Source: Candidatus Woesearchaeota archaeon (GTDB lineage: Archaea; Nanobdellota; Nanobdellia; Woesearchaeales; JABGXB01). Taken from it: DNA of 64,000 bases. Shown piece after piece: positions 18,712 through 29,273 of the stretch (positions within the stretch are counted from its first letter, which is position 1; every line of letters begins with the position of its first letter). The DNA lies in contig JABGXB010000003.1 of NCBI GenBank assembly GCA_018675975.1, forward strand, positions 267,821 to 331,820, in the 5' to 3' direction. A model generated the notes under the pieces. That model was not told the DNA's origin, ran no database searches, and saw nothing but the letters and a program-made list of their open reading frames with translations. Made by a program: the position numbers and the translations under genes.

Positions 18712-19335
18712 TTATTTTTTAAAATCTTTTAAAACCATTTCTAATAAATCAGAATTACAATTAAATTTTTTTATTAATTCATGCTCAATATGTCTATTCC
18801 ATTTATAATTTTTCAAATAAACAGGTATTCCTTCATTTGCACATTCTAATGCATACCTTTCTGAATCTTCAACTATAAAAAGTCCATTATTTATTTTAAT
18901 TAATTCTGGTTTAGTAGGTCCATATCCATGATAATATTTTGTTGCAAAAAGTACTTTTTCAACTGAAGGAAAATGTAAACGGATATAATTTTCAGTATCT
19001 CCATATGTATCCATTAATCGACTAGTTAAACATTGAATTCTAAAATATTCAGACAAATCATTAATACAATTTTGTGCATGTGCAATTGGTATTAAATTTG
19101 TATAAGCACCATTTTTGATATATTTCTGAAAAATACTTATTACATATTTAGAATCATGATTAGTGTGAGTAGTAATATCAGCAGATTTTAAATTTTCAAA
19201 TAAAAGTCTATCATTACCAACTAAACCATGATATTCATTCCAAAAATTACAAAAATCAGGTAATAAATGCACTAAAACTTCATCAATATCAAAAAAAATT
19301 AATTTTTTAGAATTATCATTTAAATCAAATTTCAT
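18712..19335 (-). CDS. HAD-superfamily 5'(3')-deoxyribonucleotidase-like phosphatase
   Basis: HAD motif I FFDIDEVLV, and a C-terminal FIVEDSERYA...YKWN pattern resembling the NT5C family. Confidence 0.6.
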   Translation of the reverse strand: MKFDLNDNSKKLIFFDIDEVLVHLLPDFCNFWNEYHGLVGNDRLLFENLKSADITTHTNHDSKYVISIFQKYIKNGAYTNLIPIAHAQNCINDLSEYFRIQCLTSRLMDTYGDTENYIRLHFPSVEKVLFATKYYHGYGPTKPELIKINNGLFIVEDSERYALECANEGIPVYLKNYKWNRHIEHELIKKFNCNSDLLEMVLKDFKK

Positions 19336-19402
19336 ATTTCAAAATAAAATAAGTTTTTTATAAAATTATGTTATTACTAATTAAATAATTAATATAAATT
19401 GA

Positions 19403-21691
19403 TTATCCAAAATAACTTTTAATATTATTTTTTATTTCTCTTGCATTAGAAAATTTAAATTTATCTTTAATTTCCTCATATGCTTTTTCAATTTCATCAT
19501 TACTACTAGGTCCAACCCTTTTTAATGCATCATTAAAATCATCCATTGTTACAGATTCCGAATCCATATTTTTTCTCAATGCACTAATTCCAGACTCCCT
19601 ACATAAACTTTGTAAATCTGCACCAACATAATATTCTGTTTCTGTTGCTATAAATTCTAAATCTACATCTTCAGATAATTTCATATTTTTTGTATGAACT
19701 TTTAAAATATTTAATCTTGCTTCATAATCAGGCGTCCCAACTAAAATAATTCTATCAAATCTTCCTGGACGTAATAAACCATTATCAATTATATCTGGTC
19801 TATTAGTTGCAGCAATAATCACAACATCATGTAATTCTTCTAAACCATCCATTTCAGTAAGTAAAGTATTTACAATTCTTTCTGTAACTTTTGAATCTGT
19901 TGTATTTGTTCTTTTTGGTGCAATTGCATCAATTTCATCAAAAAATAAAATACTCGGACTTGTTTCACGTGCCTTATTAAATAATTTTTTAATAGTTTTT
20001 TCAGACTCACCAACCCATTTACTAATTACATCACTACCTTTAACTAAAATAAAATTAGCTTTTGATTCATTAGCAACTGCTTTAGCAAGTAATGTTTTTC
20101 CAGTACCTGGAGATCCATAAAGTAAAATACCTCTTGGTGGATTAATTCCAATTCGTGAAAAACTTTTTGGATGTTTTAATGGCCATTCAACTGCTTCTTT
20201 CAAATCGTTTTTAACATCATTTAAACCACCAATATTTTCCCAACTAACTTTTGGAACTTCAATAAATATTTCTCTAAGTGCACTAGGTCTAACAACTTTT
20301 AATGCATCTTTTAAATCATCTTCACTAACAACTAATTTTTTTAATACACTTTCAGAAATTGGTTCATCTTCATTTAATTTAATTTCAGGAAGTAAACGCC
20401 TCAAAACAATCATTGCTGATTCTTTTACTAAACTACTCAAATCAGCACCAGTAAAACCATAAGTTTGATCTGCAATTGTTTTTAATATATCAGGATTTGT
20501 AAGTGGCATATTTCTTGTATGAATTTTTAAAATATGTAATCTACTATTTGCATTTGGTGCACCTATATGAATTTCACGATCAAATCTTCCAGGCCGTCTC
20601 AATGCAGGATCTAAAGAATTAACTAAATTACTTGCAGCAACTACAATAACTTTGCCTCTTTTATTTAATCCATCCATTAATGTTAATAATTGAGCTACTA
20701 CTCTTCTTTCAACTTCACCTTTACTTTCTTCTCTTTTAGTTGCAATTGCATCAATTTCATCAATAAAAATAATACTTGGGGCATTTTTTTCTGCTTCTTC
20801 AAAAATCCCTCTTAGATTTTTTTCACTTTCCCCATAAAACTTTGACATTATTTCTGGACCATTAATTAAATAAAAACTAGCATTTGTTTCAGCTGCAACA
20901 GCTCTTGCAAGTAATGTTTTACCAGTTCCAGGAGGACCATGTAATAAAACTGCTTTTGGTGCTTCAATACCTAAATGATCAAATAATTCAGGATGTTTTA
21001 GAGGAACTTCAACCATTTCTCTAATTTTTTTAACTTCATCTTCTAAGCCACCAATATCTTCATAACTAATATCATGAATATGTGAACTATCTTCAACTTC
21101 ATCAACACCTTGTGATTGAAATTCTATTATAGTATCATTTGTAATTATAACTGGCTTATTATTAGGTTTTGTAGATATAATAAAATATTTCATATCTGAA
21201 TGAAATAAAAATTTATTTTGCATATCATCAATCAATCTATAAATTTCATTATAATGTGGACTACCTGATAATGTTTTTCTTCTTCTTTTACTCCCACCAA
21301 TACTTACAACATCACCTTTGTAAATTGGTCTACCCAAAAGACCTTGTTTAAATAAATTTGCGGGAGCATCAATAATAATATTTTTTCTTGCAGGGGCAAT
21401 TACAACTTTTTCAGCAGATTTAACATCAGCCTTTCTAACTTTTACACTTTCACCTAAACTAGTTCTTGCATTACGCCTTACAATACCATCAATTCTAATT
21501 ACAGGCCTACCTATGTCCCCAGGATATGCCCTATCAACAATAGCAACTGTTTTTCTCGTACCCTCAATTTCAACAATATCGCCAACTTCAATATCAATTT
21601 GTTTCATTAAATTATAATCTATTCTAACTATACCCTTATTAACATCATCTTCAATTGATGCAATTACATCCAACTGTATTTCTTTTGACAT
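19403..21691 (-). CDS. cdc48: CDC48/VCP-type AAA+ ATPase
   Basis: The N-domain is followed by two AAA modules, each with a Walker A motif ([16 protein letters not shown]), Walker B motifs ([16 protein letters not shown]), and RPGRFDR second-region-of-homology motifs. Confidence 0.95.
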   Translation of the reverse strand: MSKEIQLDVIASIEDDVNKGIVRIDYNLMKQIDIEVGDIVEIEGTRKTVAIVDRAYPGDIGRPVIRIDGIVRRNARTSLGESVKVRKADVKSAEKVVIAPARKNIIIDAPANLFKQGLLGRPIYKGDVVSIGGSKRRRKTLSGSPHYNEIYRLIDDMQNKFLFHSDMKYFIISTKPNNKPVIITNDTIIEFQSQGVDEVEDSSHIHDISYEDIGGLEDEVKKIREMVEVPLKHPELFDHLGIEAPKAVLLHGPPGTGKTLLARAVAAETNASFYLINGPEIMSKFYGESEKNLRGIFEEAEKNAPSIIFIDEIDAIATKREESKGEVERRVVAQLLTLMDGLNKRGKVIVVAASNLVNSLDPALRRPGRFDREIHIGAPNANSRLHILKIHTRNMPLTNPDILKTIADQTYGFTGADLSSLVKESAMIVLRRLLPEIKLNEDEPISESVLKKLVVSEDDLKDALKVVRPSALREIFIEVPKVSWENIGGLNDVKNDLKEAVEWPLKHPKSFSRIGINPPRGILLYGSPGTGKTLLAKAVANESKANFILVKGSDVISKWVGESEKTIKKLFNKARETSPSILFFDEIDAIAPKRTNTTDSKVTERIVNTLLTEMDGLEELHDVVIIAATNRPDIIDNGLLRPGRFDRIILVGTPDYEARLNILKVHTKNMKLSEDVDLEFIATETEYYVGADLQSLCRESGISALRKNMDSESVTMDDFNDALKRVGPSSNDEIEKAYEEIKDKFKFSNAREIKNNIKSYFG

Positions 21692-21848
21692 TTTATTATT
21701 TTTTTAATTTATTTTGTTTCACTTCTTATTTATTTTAATAAATTATATATTAATATTAATTATTATACTATTAAAAAAAGAAATTAAATTATAATATATA
21801 TTAAATTGAAATGTGTATATTTCAAAACACACATTTAATTACCTAATA

Positions 21849-22304
21849 TTATTTTTTTGTTGATTTTGGACTCTCACTTGCCTTATCATCACTTTCTTCT
21901 GGTTTATTAAATTTTAACTTCGGCATATTGATAGGCGATGGTAATCCAACTTGTTCACTTAAAAAAATTGATTTAACTAAACTTTTACTATTAATTAAAT
22001 TATAATATTGTTCTCTTAATTCAAGAGGCATTTCTTTATTTTTTTTATATTCATCCGCAACTTCTTTTGAATTATCTATAATATCAATAAAATTTCCTTC
22101 TAATCTTATTTTCCCAATGGAAGGCTTATAAGAAATTGTATAAGAAAATTCCACTAATAAACCATTATTAGTTTGACCATGACCTTGAACATTTGCATAT
22201 TTTAAATCTTCAATTTTAATATCATGATTAATTGTAATTTTTCCTTTCGGACTACTAAGTCTTGTTGCATCAAATTTTGTAAAAGCGAATCCCATAAGTG
22301 CCAT
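21849..22304 (-). CDS. Hypothetical protein (possible SecB-like fold)
   Basis: The 151 aa protein has a beta-rich N-terminal half, then a helix, then GLPSPINMPKLKF. This loosely recalls SecB-type chaperones. The tail is acidic and Ser-rich. Confidence 0.45.
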   Translation of the reverse strand: MALMGFAFTKFDATRLSSPKGKITINHDIKIEDLKYANVQGHGQTNNGLLVEFSYTISYKPSIGKIRLEGNFIDIIDNSKEVADEYKKNKEMPLELREQYYNLINSKSLVKSIFLSEQVGLPSPINMPKLKFNKPEESDDKASESPKSTKK

Positions 22305-22531
22305 TTTTATTACCTATTTTTATTTTTTTGTTTTTTTAATATATATTTTTATAATTTTTTATTATAATTTTTTTCTATATATCATTTATTTTTAATTATA
22401 TATCATTATAATTATTTAATTCAATTTGGAAAGATTTAACCGACTTTAAAAATATTATGTATAATAAAAAATATAGATAATTTTCCTTAAAACTTATAAA
22501 AGATTCATTTTCACTCAAATTAGGTGTAAAA

Positions 22532-23188
22532 GTGAAATTAAATGAAGGAGATTTTGTAAAATTAAATTATACGGGTTATTTAAAATCTAATAATTTTTGT
22601 ATTGATACAACTATAGAAGAAATTGCAAAAAAGCAAAATATTTTTTCAAAGGAATTTAAATATGGACCAGTTACAGTATGTATTGGAAAAAATAATATTC
22701 TGAATGGAATTGATAAAAATTTAAGTGATAAAGATGAAAAAGAATCTTTTGAATTAGAATTGGAACCAAAAGAGGCTTTTGGAGAAAAAAATAATAATTT
22801 GGCATCAGTTCCATTTAATCAATTTAAGGCAAATAAAGTTAATGTACAAATTGGAGATCAAATTATGTATAATGAAAAACCTGCATTTGTTAAATTTGTA
22901 AATAATAGAATTGTTATGTTAGATTTTAACCATCCTTATGCTGGTGAAATTATAAATTATAAAATAGAATTATTAGGAAAAGTGGAAGATAAAAAAAATC
23001 AATTTATTGCCTTGGTTATTAATAGATTAAATTTTAATGAAGAAATGTTTAGTGTGGAATTAAATGATAATATTATTAATTTTACAATAAATGAAAAAGA
23101 ACTTCCAAAACAATTTCAAGATGAATTTGAAAAATACGTAAAAGAATCCATTGAAATTGAAAAAATAAATTATAGTTTTAAAAAATAA
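22532..23188 (+). CDS. Long-type FKBP peptidyl-prolyl cis-trans isomerase (SlyD/archaeal FKBP26-like)
   Basis: Motifs GDFVKLNYTGYL and LDFNHPYAGEIINYKIELL. It uses a GTG start preceded by AGGTG at 22522-22526 and a TATA word at 22493-22502. Confidence 0.8.
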   Translation: MKLNEGDFVKLNYTGYLKSNNFCIDTTIEEIAKKQNIFSKEFKYGPVTVCIGKNNILNGIDKNLSDKDEKESFELELEPKEAFGEKNNNLASVPFNQFKANKVNVQIGDQIMYNEKPAFVKFVNNRIVMLDFNHPYAGEIINYKIELLGKVEDKKNQFIALVINRLNFNEEMFSVELNDNIINFTINEKELPKQFQDEFEKYVKESIEIEKINYSFKK

Positions 23189-23277
23189 TTATTTTTTAAC
23201 TATTTTTATTTTATTTATATTGTACACTTACAAAATATTTATTAATATGATAAAAACAAAATCTGTATTAAAAGAGG

Positions 23278-24441
23278 ATGGTAATGGATAGTTTTATTTC
23301 GTCGGCAAAAGCCCAGATTGAACAACAAGTAGAAGAAGATCAAAATCAGACTGAATTATTAAATAAATCAATTCAGACTGAACCTAAATATGATACTTCA
23401 ATTGATGATGAATTAGCTACAATTCTAAAAAGACAACAAGCTAAAATTAAAGTTGTTGGAATAGGTGGTGGTGGAAATAATACTATTAATAGAATTAGTG
23501 AAGTTGGTATTTATGGAATTCAAACTATTGCAATAAATACTGATGCTCAAGATTTATTATATACTACTGCAGAAAAAAAGATTTTAATTGGTAAAGAAAT
23601 TGCACGTGGTCTTGGTGCGGGTTCAGTTCCAAAAGTTGGTGAAGAAGCTGCACGTGAATCTGAAAACGAATTAAAAGAAATTACATCCGGATCAGATATG
23701 ATTTTTATTACATGTGGTATGGGTGGTGGTACTGGTACTGGTGCGGCACCTGTTATTGCAGAATTTGCTAAAAAAGCAGGAGCATTAACTGTTGGTGTTG
23801 TAACTGTTCCTTTTTTAATGGAAGGTTCAAGACGTCATGAAAATGCTATAATGGGCCTTGAAAAAATGGAACATTATGTTGATACTTTAATTGTTATTCC
23901 AAATAATAAATTATTAGAATTAGCTCCTGATTTACCTTTACAAACAGCATTTAAAGTTGCTGATGAAATTCTAACAAACTCAGTTAAAGGAATTGCTGAA
24001 TTAGTAACAAAAGCTGGTTTAGTTAATTTAGATTTTGCAGATATTCGAACAGTTATGGGTAATGGTGGTATTGCACTTATTGGTGTTGGAGAAAGTGATA
24101 ATGAAAACAGAGCTCAAGAAGCAGTAGATAAAGCAATAAATAATCCACTTTTAGATGTTGATATTAGTGGAGCAAGTGGTGCTTTAATTAATGTTAGCGG
24201 CGGTCCAGATATGACTTTAGATGAAGCTAGAAAAGTTGTTGAAACAATTTCACAAAAACTAGATGAAGATGCAAGAATTATTTGGGGAGCACAAATTAGT
24301 AAAGATTTAGAAAGTACATTAAGAGTAATGTTAATTGTAGTTGGTGTAAATAGTAGTCAAATATTTGGAAATAAAGTAAGAAAGTCAACAACTAAAAAAC
24401 ACGATATGGAAAAAGAATTAGGTATTGACTTTATTGAATAA
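23278..24441 (+). CDS. ftsZ: Cell division GTPase FtsZ
   Basis: Motifs GIGGGGNN and the tubulin signature [16 protein letters not shown], plus NTDAQ. There is an N-terminal extension of about 50 aa. Confidence 0.95.
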   Translation: MVMDSFISSAKAQIEQQVEEDQNQTELLNKSIQTEPKYDTSIDDELATILKRQQAKIKVVGIGGGGNNTINRISEVGIYGIQTIAINTDAQDLLYTTAEKKILIGKEIARGLGAGSVPKVGEEAARESENELKEITSGSDMIFITCGMGGGTGTGAAPVIAEFAKKAGALTVGVVTVPFLMEGSRRHENAIMGLEKMEHYVDTLIVIPNNKLLELAPDLPLQTAFKVADEILTNSVKGIAELVTKAGLVNLDFADIRTVMGNGGIALIGVGESDNENRAQEAVDKAINNPLLDVDISGASGALINVSGGPDMTLDEARKVVETISQKLDEDARIIWGAQISKDLESTLRVMLIVVGVNSSQIFGNKVRKSTTKKHDMEKELGIDFIE

Positions 24442-24455
24442 AATTTATTTTTTTA

Positions 24456-25112
24456 TTAAATATTATTTTTAGAATTATTATAAATATATTTTGCAGCATC
24501 CAAAAAATCTTTTGCAATAAAAATATCTCCTTTTAATTGTTCAACTTTTTGTCTATCTCCTAGTTCTCTTGTTTTATAACTTTCAACTAAAATTCCAGTT
24601 CCTCCAATATTTAAACCCATTTGAACGTCAGAAAAACGATCCCCAATCATATAAATTTTACAATCTTCTTTTTTTACATTTAAATCAGTTAATGCTTTTT
24701 CAATCATACCAATATTTGGTTTTAAATCAAGACAGTTTTCTCTAATATATTTTTGATCTACTCTTCTTCCTTTTTCTAGTGCTTTTTTTACATAATTAGA
24801 ATCAACAAATGGACATGCATAATAATGATCAACTAAAGCTTCTTCATCTCTTAATTTATCTAAAATATATCTATTTACTTCATGCATTCTCTCAAAGGTT
24901 AAATTATCAAAATTTCCTCCTTCAAGTGCAACTCCAGATTGATTAGTTAAAATAAAAAACCGTGAATTTGGAATCTGATTAATTAATTTAATTCCATCCA
25001 CAACACCATCTAAAAAACTAACTTGTTCACGCCAATTAGAACTACTACCTAAATAAAAATTTTTATCTAAATTTATAGTCCCATCCCTATCAGAAAAAAC
25101 TAAAGTATACAT
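24456..25112 (-). CDS. HAD-IIIA phosphatase (GmhB/HisB-N-like)
   Basis: Motif I FSDRDGTIN, motif II LTNQSG, motif III KPNIGM, and motif IV GDRFSD. Confidence 0.7.
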   Translation of the reverse strand: MYTLVFSDRDGTINLDKNFYLGSSSNWREQVSFLDGVVDGIKLINQIPNSRFFILTNQSGVALEGGNFDNLTFERMHEVNRYILDKLRDEEALVDHYYACPFVDSNYVKKALEKGRRVDQKYIRENCLDLKPNIGMIEKALTDLNVKKEDCKIYMIGDRFSDVQMGLNIGGTGILVESYKTRELGDRQKVEQLKGDIFIAKDFLDAAKYIYNNSKNNI

Positions 25113-25181
25113 AATTTCAAAAAAATTATTATATTTATAAAATTAATTAGAAAATAAAAATTTAAATAAAAAAAATAAAAA

Positions 25182-25856
25182 TTAATCTCGTCTTATTACA
25201 TTAATATCTTCTATTCTACGAGTCATTGGAATTGGAACTGCTGCATCCAGCAATTCAATTACAACTTCTTCTTTAAATAAATCTACTCTTGTAATTTTTG
25301 CTCTTTCCTTTTTGAAAGGACCAGCTATAATTTCTACTATATCTCCTTTTCTAATGTCAACTTCTTTTTTCTCAGTAGATATTAAATGTAAAACTTCTTT
25401 TTCAGAAATTGGTGTTGGCAATACATTTCTTGCATATGGTATTCTAAATGCAGCCTTATCAACTTCATATTTGTCAGAAGCTTCAATAAAAATAAAACTT
25501 TTAATTCCGTGTGGAATAATAATTGAAAAAATATTTAATTCTTTTCTCTTTGCATTTGCTGTTAAAAAATCAGCCACAGTTTCTTCTCTATTGGCAGTAC
25601 ATTTTAATGCAAAAATAGGATTATTAATTACATTTTCAACTTCTTTTGAATTGTTTTCATTATTTTGATTATTTGAATTATCTTTAGGTTCTTGATATAC
25701 TTCTTTACCTGCAAGTGGACCTTGAGGTTCACTTTTTTTTTCATTATTATTTTTAATTACTATAGTAGAAGACTTACCGTCACTATCTGCTTTATCTAAT
25801 TCATTAGATAAATCATCTACACTGAAATTTTCAAACTCATCATCATATCCTGACAT
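25182..25856 (-). CDS. spt5: Transcription elongation factor Spt5 (archaeal NusG) with acidic N-terminal extension
   Basis: The NGN domain starts near IFALKCTANRE and the KOW motif is GDIVEIIAGPFKKERAKITRVD. About 80 extra N-terminal residues are rich in Asp, Glu and Asn. Confidence 0.85.
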   Translation of the reverse strand: MSGYDDEFENFSVDDLSNELDKADSDGKSSTIVIKNNNEKKSEPQGPLAGKEVYQEPKDNSNNQNNENNSKEVENVINNPIFALKCTANREETVADFLTANAKRKELNIFSIIIPHGIKSFIFIEASDKYEVDKAAFRIPYARNVLPTPISEKEVLHLISTEKKEVDIRKGDIVEIIAGPFKKERAKITRVDLFKEEVVIELLDAAVPIPMTRRIEDINVIRRD

Positions 25857-25933
25857 TTTAAATCCTCTTAAGTCTAGTTTAAAGATTACCTAACTAGAAA
25901 TATAATAATAGGTATAGCTCATTCTTTATAAAT

Positions 25934-26161
25934 TTAATTCTTACTTACTTTTATTATATTAACTGGACATGATAATTCAGCATTTTTTGCTGATTCATAT
26001 TCATCTTCAGTTTCAACCTTATTAAAAAAATCTTTATTTTGTTTAGAATCAATTAAATTGCTTTTCCCATCCTTTTCATCAATAATAAACAAATTAGGAG
26101 CTTCTTCAACACATGCATTACAACCTATGCATTTTCGTCTTAAATGATTTATATTAATCAA
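25934..26161 (-). CDS. Small ferredoxin-like Fe-S protein
   Basis: The 75 aa protein has CIGCNAC near the N-terminus and a distal CP (LSCPVNI). It overlaps the end of the U32 gene by 8 bp. Confidence 0.7.
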   Translation of the reverse strand: MININHLRRKCIGCNACVEEAPNLFIIDEKDGKSNLIDSKQNKDFFNKVETEDEYESAKNAELSCPVNIIKVSKN

Positions 26162-27395
26162 TATTTATCACCTTGAATAATTTATCATTTGGTCTAATTA
26201 TTTCATTTATATGTGTAGTAAAAACATCTCCTTTATTTACAATATCAACAAATTTTTCATTTAACATTAATTCATTAACTTTATTTTCAATAACGCCAGT
26301 GGTCTGACCAGTTATCATAATATTATCATCTTTACTAATTGAATCAGAATGAATTTTAAATTCAGCTATATTGGTTTTTTTAAAATAATTTGTACAGATA
26401 CCGATTAATATTTTTTTTTTTGTCGCAATACTGCCTCTTTGATTATGCCATTGACCTAAATGACGTCCAAGATAATAACCATCCCAAAATCCTCTATTAT
26501 AAACACCAGATAATCTTTTTTTCCAATTATCTATTTTTTCTATATTAAATGTCCCATCCAATATAGAATTTAAAGCTTCTTTATAACATTCAGTTGTAAC
26601 TTTTACATAGTCTGCTGATTTTCCCCTGCCCTCTATTTTTAAAACAGTTACACCAGCATTAATTATTTTATCTAAAAAATCAATTGTACACAAATCTTTT
26701 GGAGACATTATATATTCATTATCAATTTTTAATTCATTTCCTTCTTCATCTTTAACAGTATATGTACGACGACAATTTTGTTTACAAGCACCACGATTAG
26801 CAGAAGAATTTGCAGTATGTAGACTTAAATAACATTTACCACTAACTGCCATACATAATGCACCATGAACAAAAATTTCAATTCCAACTAAATTTCCATT
26901 TGGCCCACATATATTTTCTTTTTTTATTAAATCACATATTTCTTTTACTTGTTTTATAGTACATTCTCTTGAAAGTACAATTACATCAGCAAATTTTGAA
27001 AAAAATTTAACTGTTTCAAAATTAGTAACATTTGCTTGAGTAGAAATATGTACAGATAATCCAATTTCATTTGCATAATTGATTACAGCTAAATCTGAAG
27101 CAATAACAGAATCAATCCCACTATTTTTTGCACAACTTACAATTTCTTTCATTAAAACTATATCGTGACTATATACTATTGTATTTAGAGTTAAATAGGT
27201 TTTTACATTTTTTATTTTACATTGTTGAGCAATTTTTTTTAAATCTTCAATAGTAAAATTAATTGAACTTCTAGCTCTCATATTTAACTGTTCAATTCCA
27301 AAATAAATTGAATCAGCACCTGCATTTAATGCAGCATTTAAATTCTCCCAACTCCCAACTGGAGCCATAATTTCATATTTCATATTATATTGCAA
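26154..27395 (-). CDS. Peptidase U32 family protein (RlhA/TrhP/UbiU-like)
   Basis: Typical U32 blocks: ELMAPVGS-like start (EIMAPVGSWENLNAALNAGADSIYFG), IFVHGALCMAVSGKCYLS, and a Cys-rich stretch SSANRGACKQNCRR. Confidence 0.85.
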   Translation of the reverse strand: MQYNMKYEIMAPVGSWENLNAALNAGADSIYFGIEQLNMRARSSINFTIEDLKKIAQQCKIKNVKTYLTLNTIVYSHDIVLMKEIVSCAKNSGIDSVIASDLAVINYANEIGLSVHISTQANVTNFETVKFFSKFADVIVLSRECTIKQVKEICDLIKKENICGPNGNLVGIEIFVHGALCMAVSGKCYLSLHTANSSANRGACKQNCRRTYTVKDEEGNELKIDNEYIMSPKDLCTIDFLDKIINAGVTVLKIEGRGKSADYVKVTTECYKEALNSILDGTFNIEKIDNWKKRLSGVYNRGFWDGYYLGRHLGQWHNQRGSIATKKKILIGICTNYFKKTNIAEFKIHSDSISKDDNIMITGQTTGVIENKVNELMLNEKFVDIVNKGDVFTTHINEIIRPNDKLFKVINID

Positions 27396-27425
27396 AAATA
27401 GTTTATTATAAAATTAGTGTTTTAA

Positions 27426-27707
27426 TTAATTTTGTCCAAGACCAAAATTCTCTAAAAAACTTAAAACAACTTTATATTCAGTTAAATATTTATATCCCTT
27501 ATCTGTTAAAATATAGTTTTTACCACGTTTTTGAAATTCTTCTGATATAAATCCCTTAGACATTAATTCATTCAAATATTCTTTCATCATCGTATGACTT
27601 AAATTACTTTTATACATTAAATGAGTAGGCTTAATTTTTCCACCCTTATCCATGATGGATTTTAATATATCAAAGATTACTTGTAACTTTTCTCTCTTCT
27701 TACTCAT
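27426..27707 (-). CDS. Small winged-helix DNA-binding protein
   Basis: A 93 aa protein with the pattern IKPTHLMYKSNLSHTMMKEYLNELMSKGFI...YILTDKGYKYL, typical of archaeal wHTH regulators. Confidence 0.6.
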   Translation of the reverse strand: MSKKREKLQVIFDILKSIMDKGGKIKPTHLMYKSNLSHTMMKEYLNELMSKGFISEEFQKRGKNYILTDKGYKYLTEYKVVLSFLENFGLGQN

Positions 27708-28001
27708 ATTTTAACACGTTTTTCTTTCTTTTTAAATATTTATATTATAATTTTATACAATAGTGGCAAAATATTAAATATAATCTCTGATATTACCCAA
27801 ATTCTTAATCATTTCTAATAAAAAATAAAAGAAAAAAAAAGAAAGAGAGAAAAGGGTTTTTTTTGGAGGCTTAAGATATTTAAAATCTTAATATTAAGTA
27901 ATATATTATAATTTATAAAAGCTATAAAGAAAACATAGTTAATAAAAAACTAGACAAATATTGCATAAAGCTTAAAAATAAAAATCGAAAAATCAGTATA
28001 A

Positions 28002-28658
28002 ATGGTATATACTAGTTTAGGTCCTGCTTGGTTTGAAACATATGGAATTATATTTGAAATCATATTTATTCTAATTACAGGTTTAATTGCTTTAAGATCA
28101 TATCGAGCATATAAATTAATTAAAAAGAAAGAATTATTAACATTTACATTATCATTTGGACTTTTTTGTTTAGCATTTTTTACACAATTTATAATTAATT
28201 TATTAATTGTATTAAATAAACAATCAAAAGATCATTTACTTTCTCCATTAAATACTTTAAATACAGTAATTACATCGAATTTTCAATTAAGTAGCATGTG
28301 TTATTTTTTCTTTTCATTATTTACAATATGTGGTTTATTATTATTCATATATTTAACATTTGAAATTAGAAATAGAAGATTATTATTACTATTATTTGTA
28401 TTAGTAGTATTAGCACAAATAACTGCAATAAATAAAATTGTTTTATTTTATGTATTCTCCACAATTTTTTATGGATTTATAGTTGAATTTTATTATAGAA
28501 AAAAAATAAAAGTTGCATTTTTAGGTTTTGTATTTTTATTAATTAGCAATATATCATTTTTATTTATACCACTTAGTGAATTTGCATTTGTAATTGGAAA
28601 TTTTTTAACACTAGTTGGTTATTTAATTCTAGCAAAATTATTGAAAAAAAATAATTAA
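28002..28658 (+). CDS. Hypothetical polytopic membrane protein
   Basis: A 218 aa protein with about 6 hydrophobic segments. No recognised family. Confidence 0.5.
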   Translation: MVYTSLGPAWFETYGIIFEIIFILITGLIALRSYRAYKLIKKKELLTFTLSFGLFCLAFFTQFIINLLIVLNKQSKDHLLSPLNTLNTVITSNFQLSSMCYFFFSLFTICGLLLFIYLTFEIRNRRLLLLLFVLVVLAQITAINKIVLFYVFSTIFYGFIVEFYYRKKIKVAFLGFVFLLISNISFLFIPLSEFAFVIGNFLTLVGYLILAKLLKKNN

Positions 28659-28736
28659 TAATTATAGTATATGATTTTATCTATATAATTTATTACATAA
28701 AATAACTTTATATAATAATTAACCAAAATAAATAGT

Positions 28737-29189
28737 ATGGATGAAAATATAATTAAACAAAGAATAATTCAACATACCTTATCACACGCTGATGAATATA
28801 GAGGTTATTTAACTCATTCAGGATTATTTCATTTAACAAATAATTTAGAATTAATTGGAAAATATCCTAGTGGAAGATTATTTCAAGGATTTTTAGTTGA
28901 TATTCTTGCTAATGAAATTAAACCTATATCTAATACAAACAAATCTCCTTTTTTGTCTTATCAAGTTAAAAAATTAAAACCAAATAATTTTGAATCTTTA
29001 ATTCTATCAGGAAAATATACTTTATCATATGACCCTGAAAAAAAAATGGTTTATTTAAAATCTAGAGAAATTGAAAAAGTAGAAAATATGAATGCATTAA
29101 GAAATGAAGAATTTTATAGATTATCTGCAGGAATGATGGGTTATAAAAATGACATTAATCCAATGATTAAAATATTATTTGAAGAATAA
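28737..29189 (+). CDS. Hypothetical protein (first gene of the ThyX/ParB-like/kinase cluster)
   Basis: A 150 aa intact ORF with a TATA-like ctttatataat at 28706-28716. No recognised family. Confidence 0.5.
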   Translation: MDENIIKQRIIQHTLSHADEYRGYLTHSGLFHLTNNLELIGKYPSGRLFQGFLVDILANEIKPISNTNKSPFLSYQVKKLKPNNFESLILSGKYTLSYDPEKKMVYLKSREIEKVENMNALRNEEFYRLSAGMMGYKNDINPMIKILFEE

Positions 29190-29273
29190 AAAATTAAATT
29201 TAAAATATAGATTTTAAAATTACAAAATACTTATAATAAATTTGAACTCATTTAAAATAAAAAAGGTGTATAT

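Noticed and set aside
25312-25668. 118 aa plus-strand ORF
   Set aside because: It is fully antisense to the well-supported spt5 gene. Its hydrophobic, low-complexity translation is typical of a shadow ORF in AT-rich DNA.
27708-28001. 294 bp intergenic region with a purine-rich tract (aaagaaagagagaaaaggg) and a 7 bp hairpin (ttaagat/atcttaa), considered as a structured ncRNA
   Set aside because: I could identify no convincing extended secondary structure or known RNA motif. It more likely holds the divergent promoters of the wHTH/U32 operon and the membrane protein gene.
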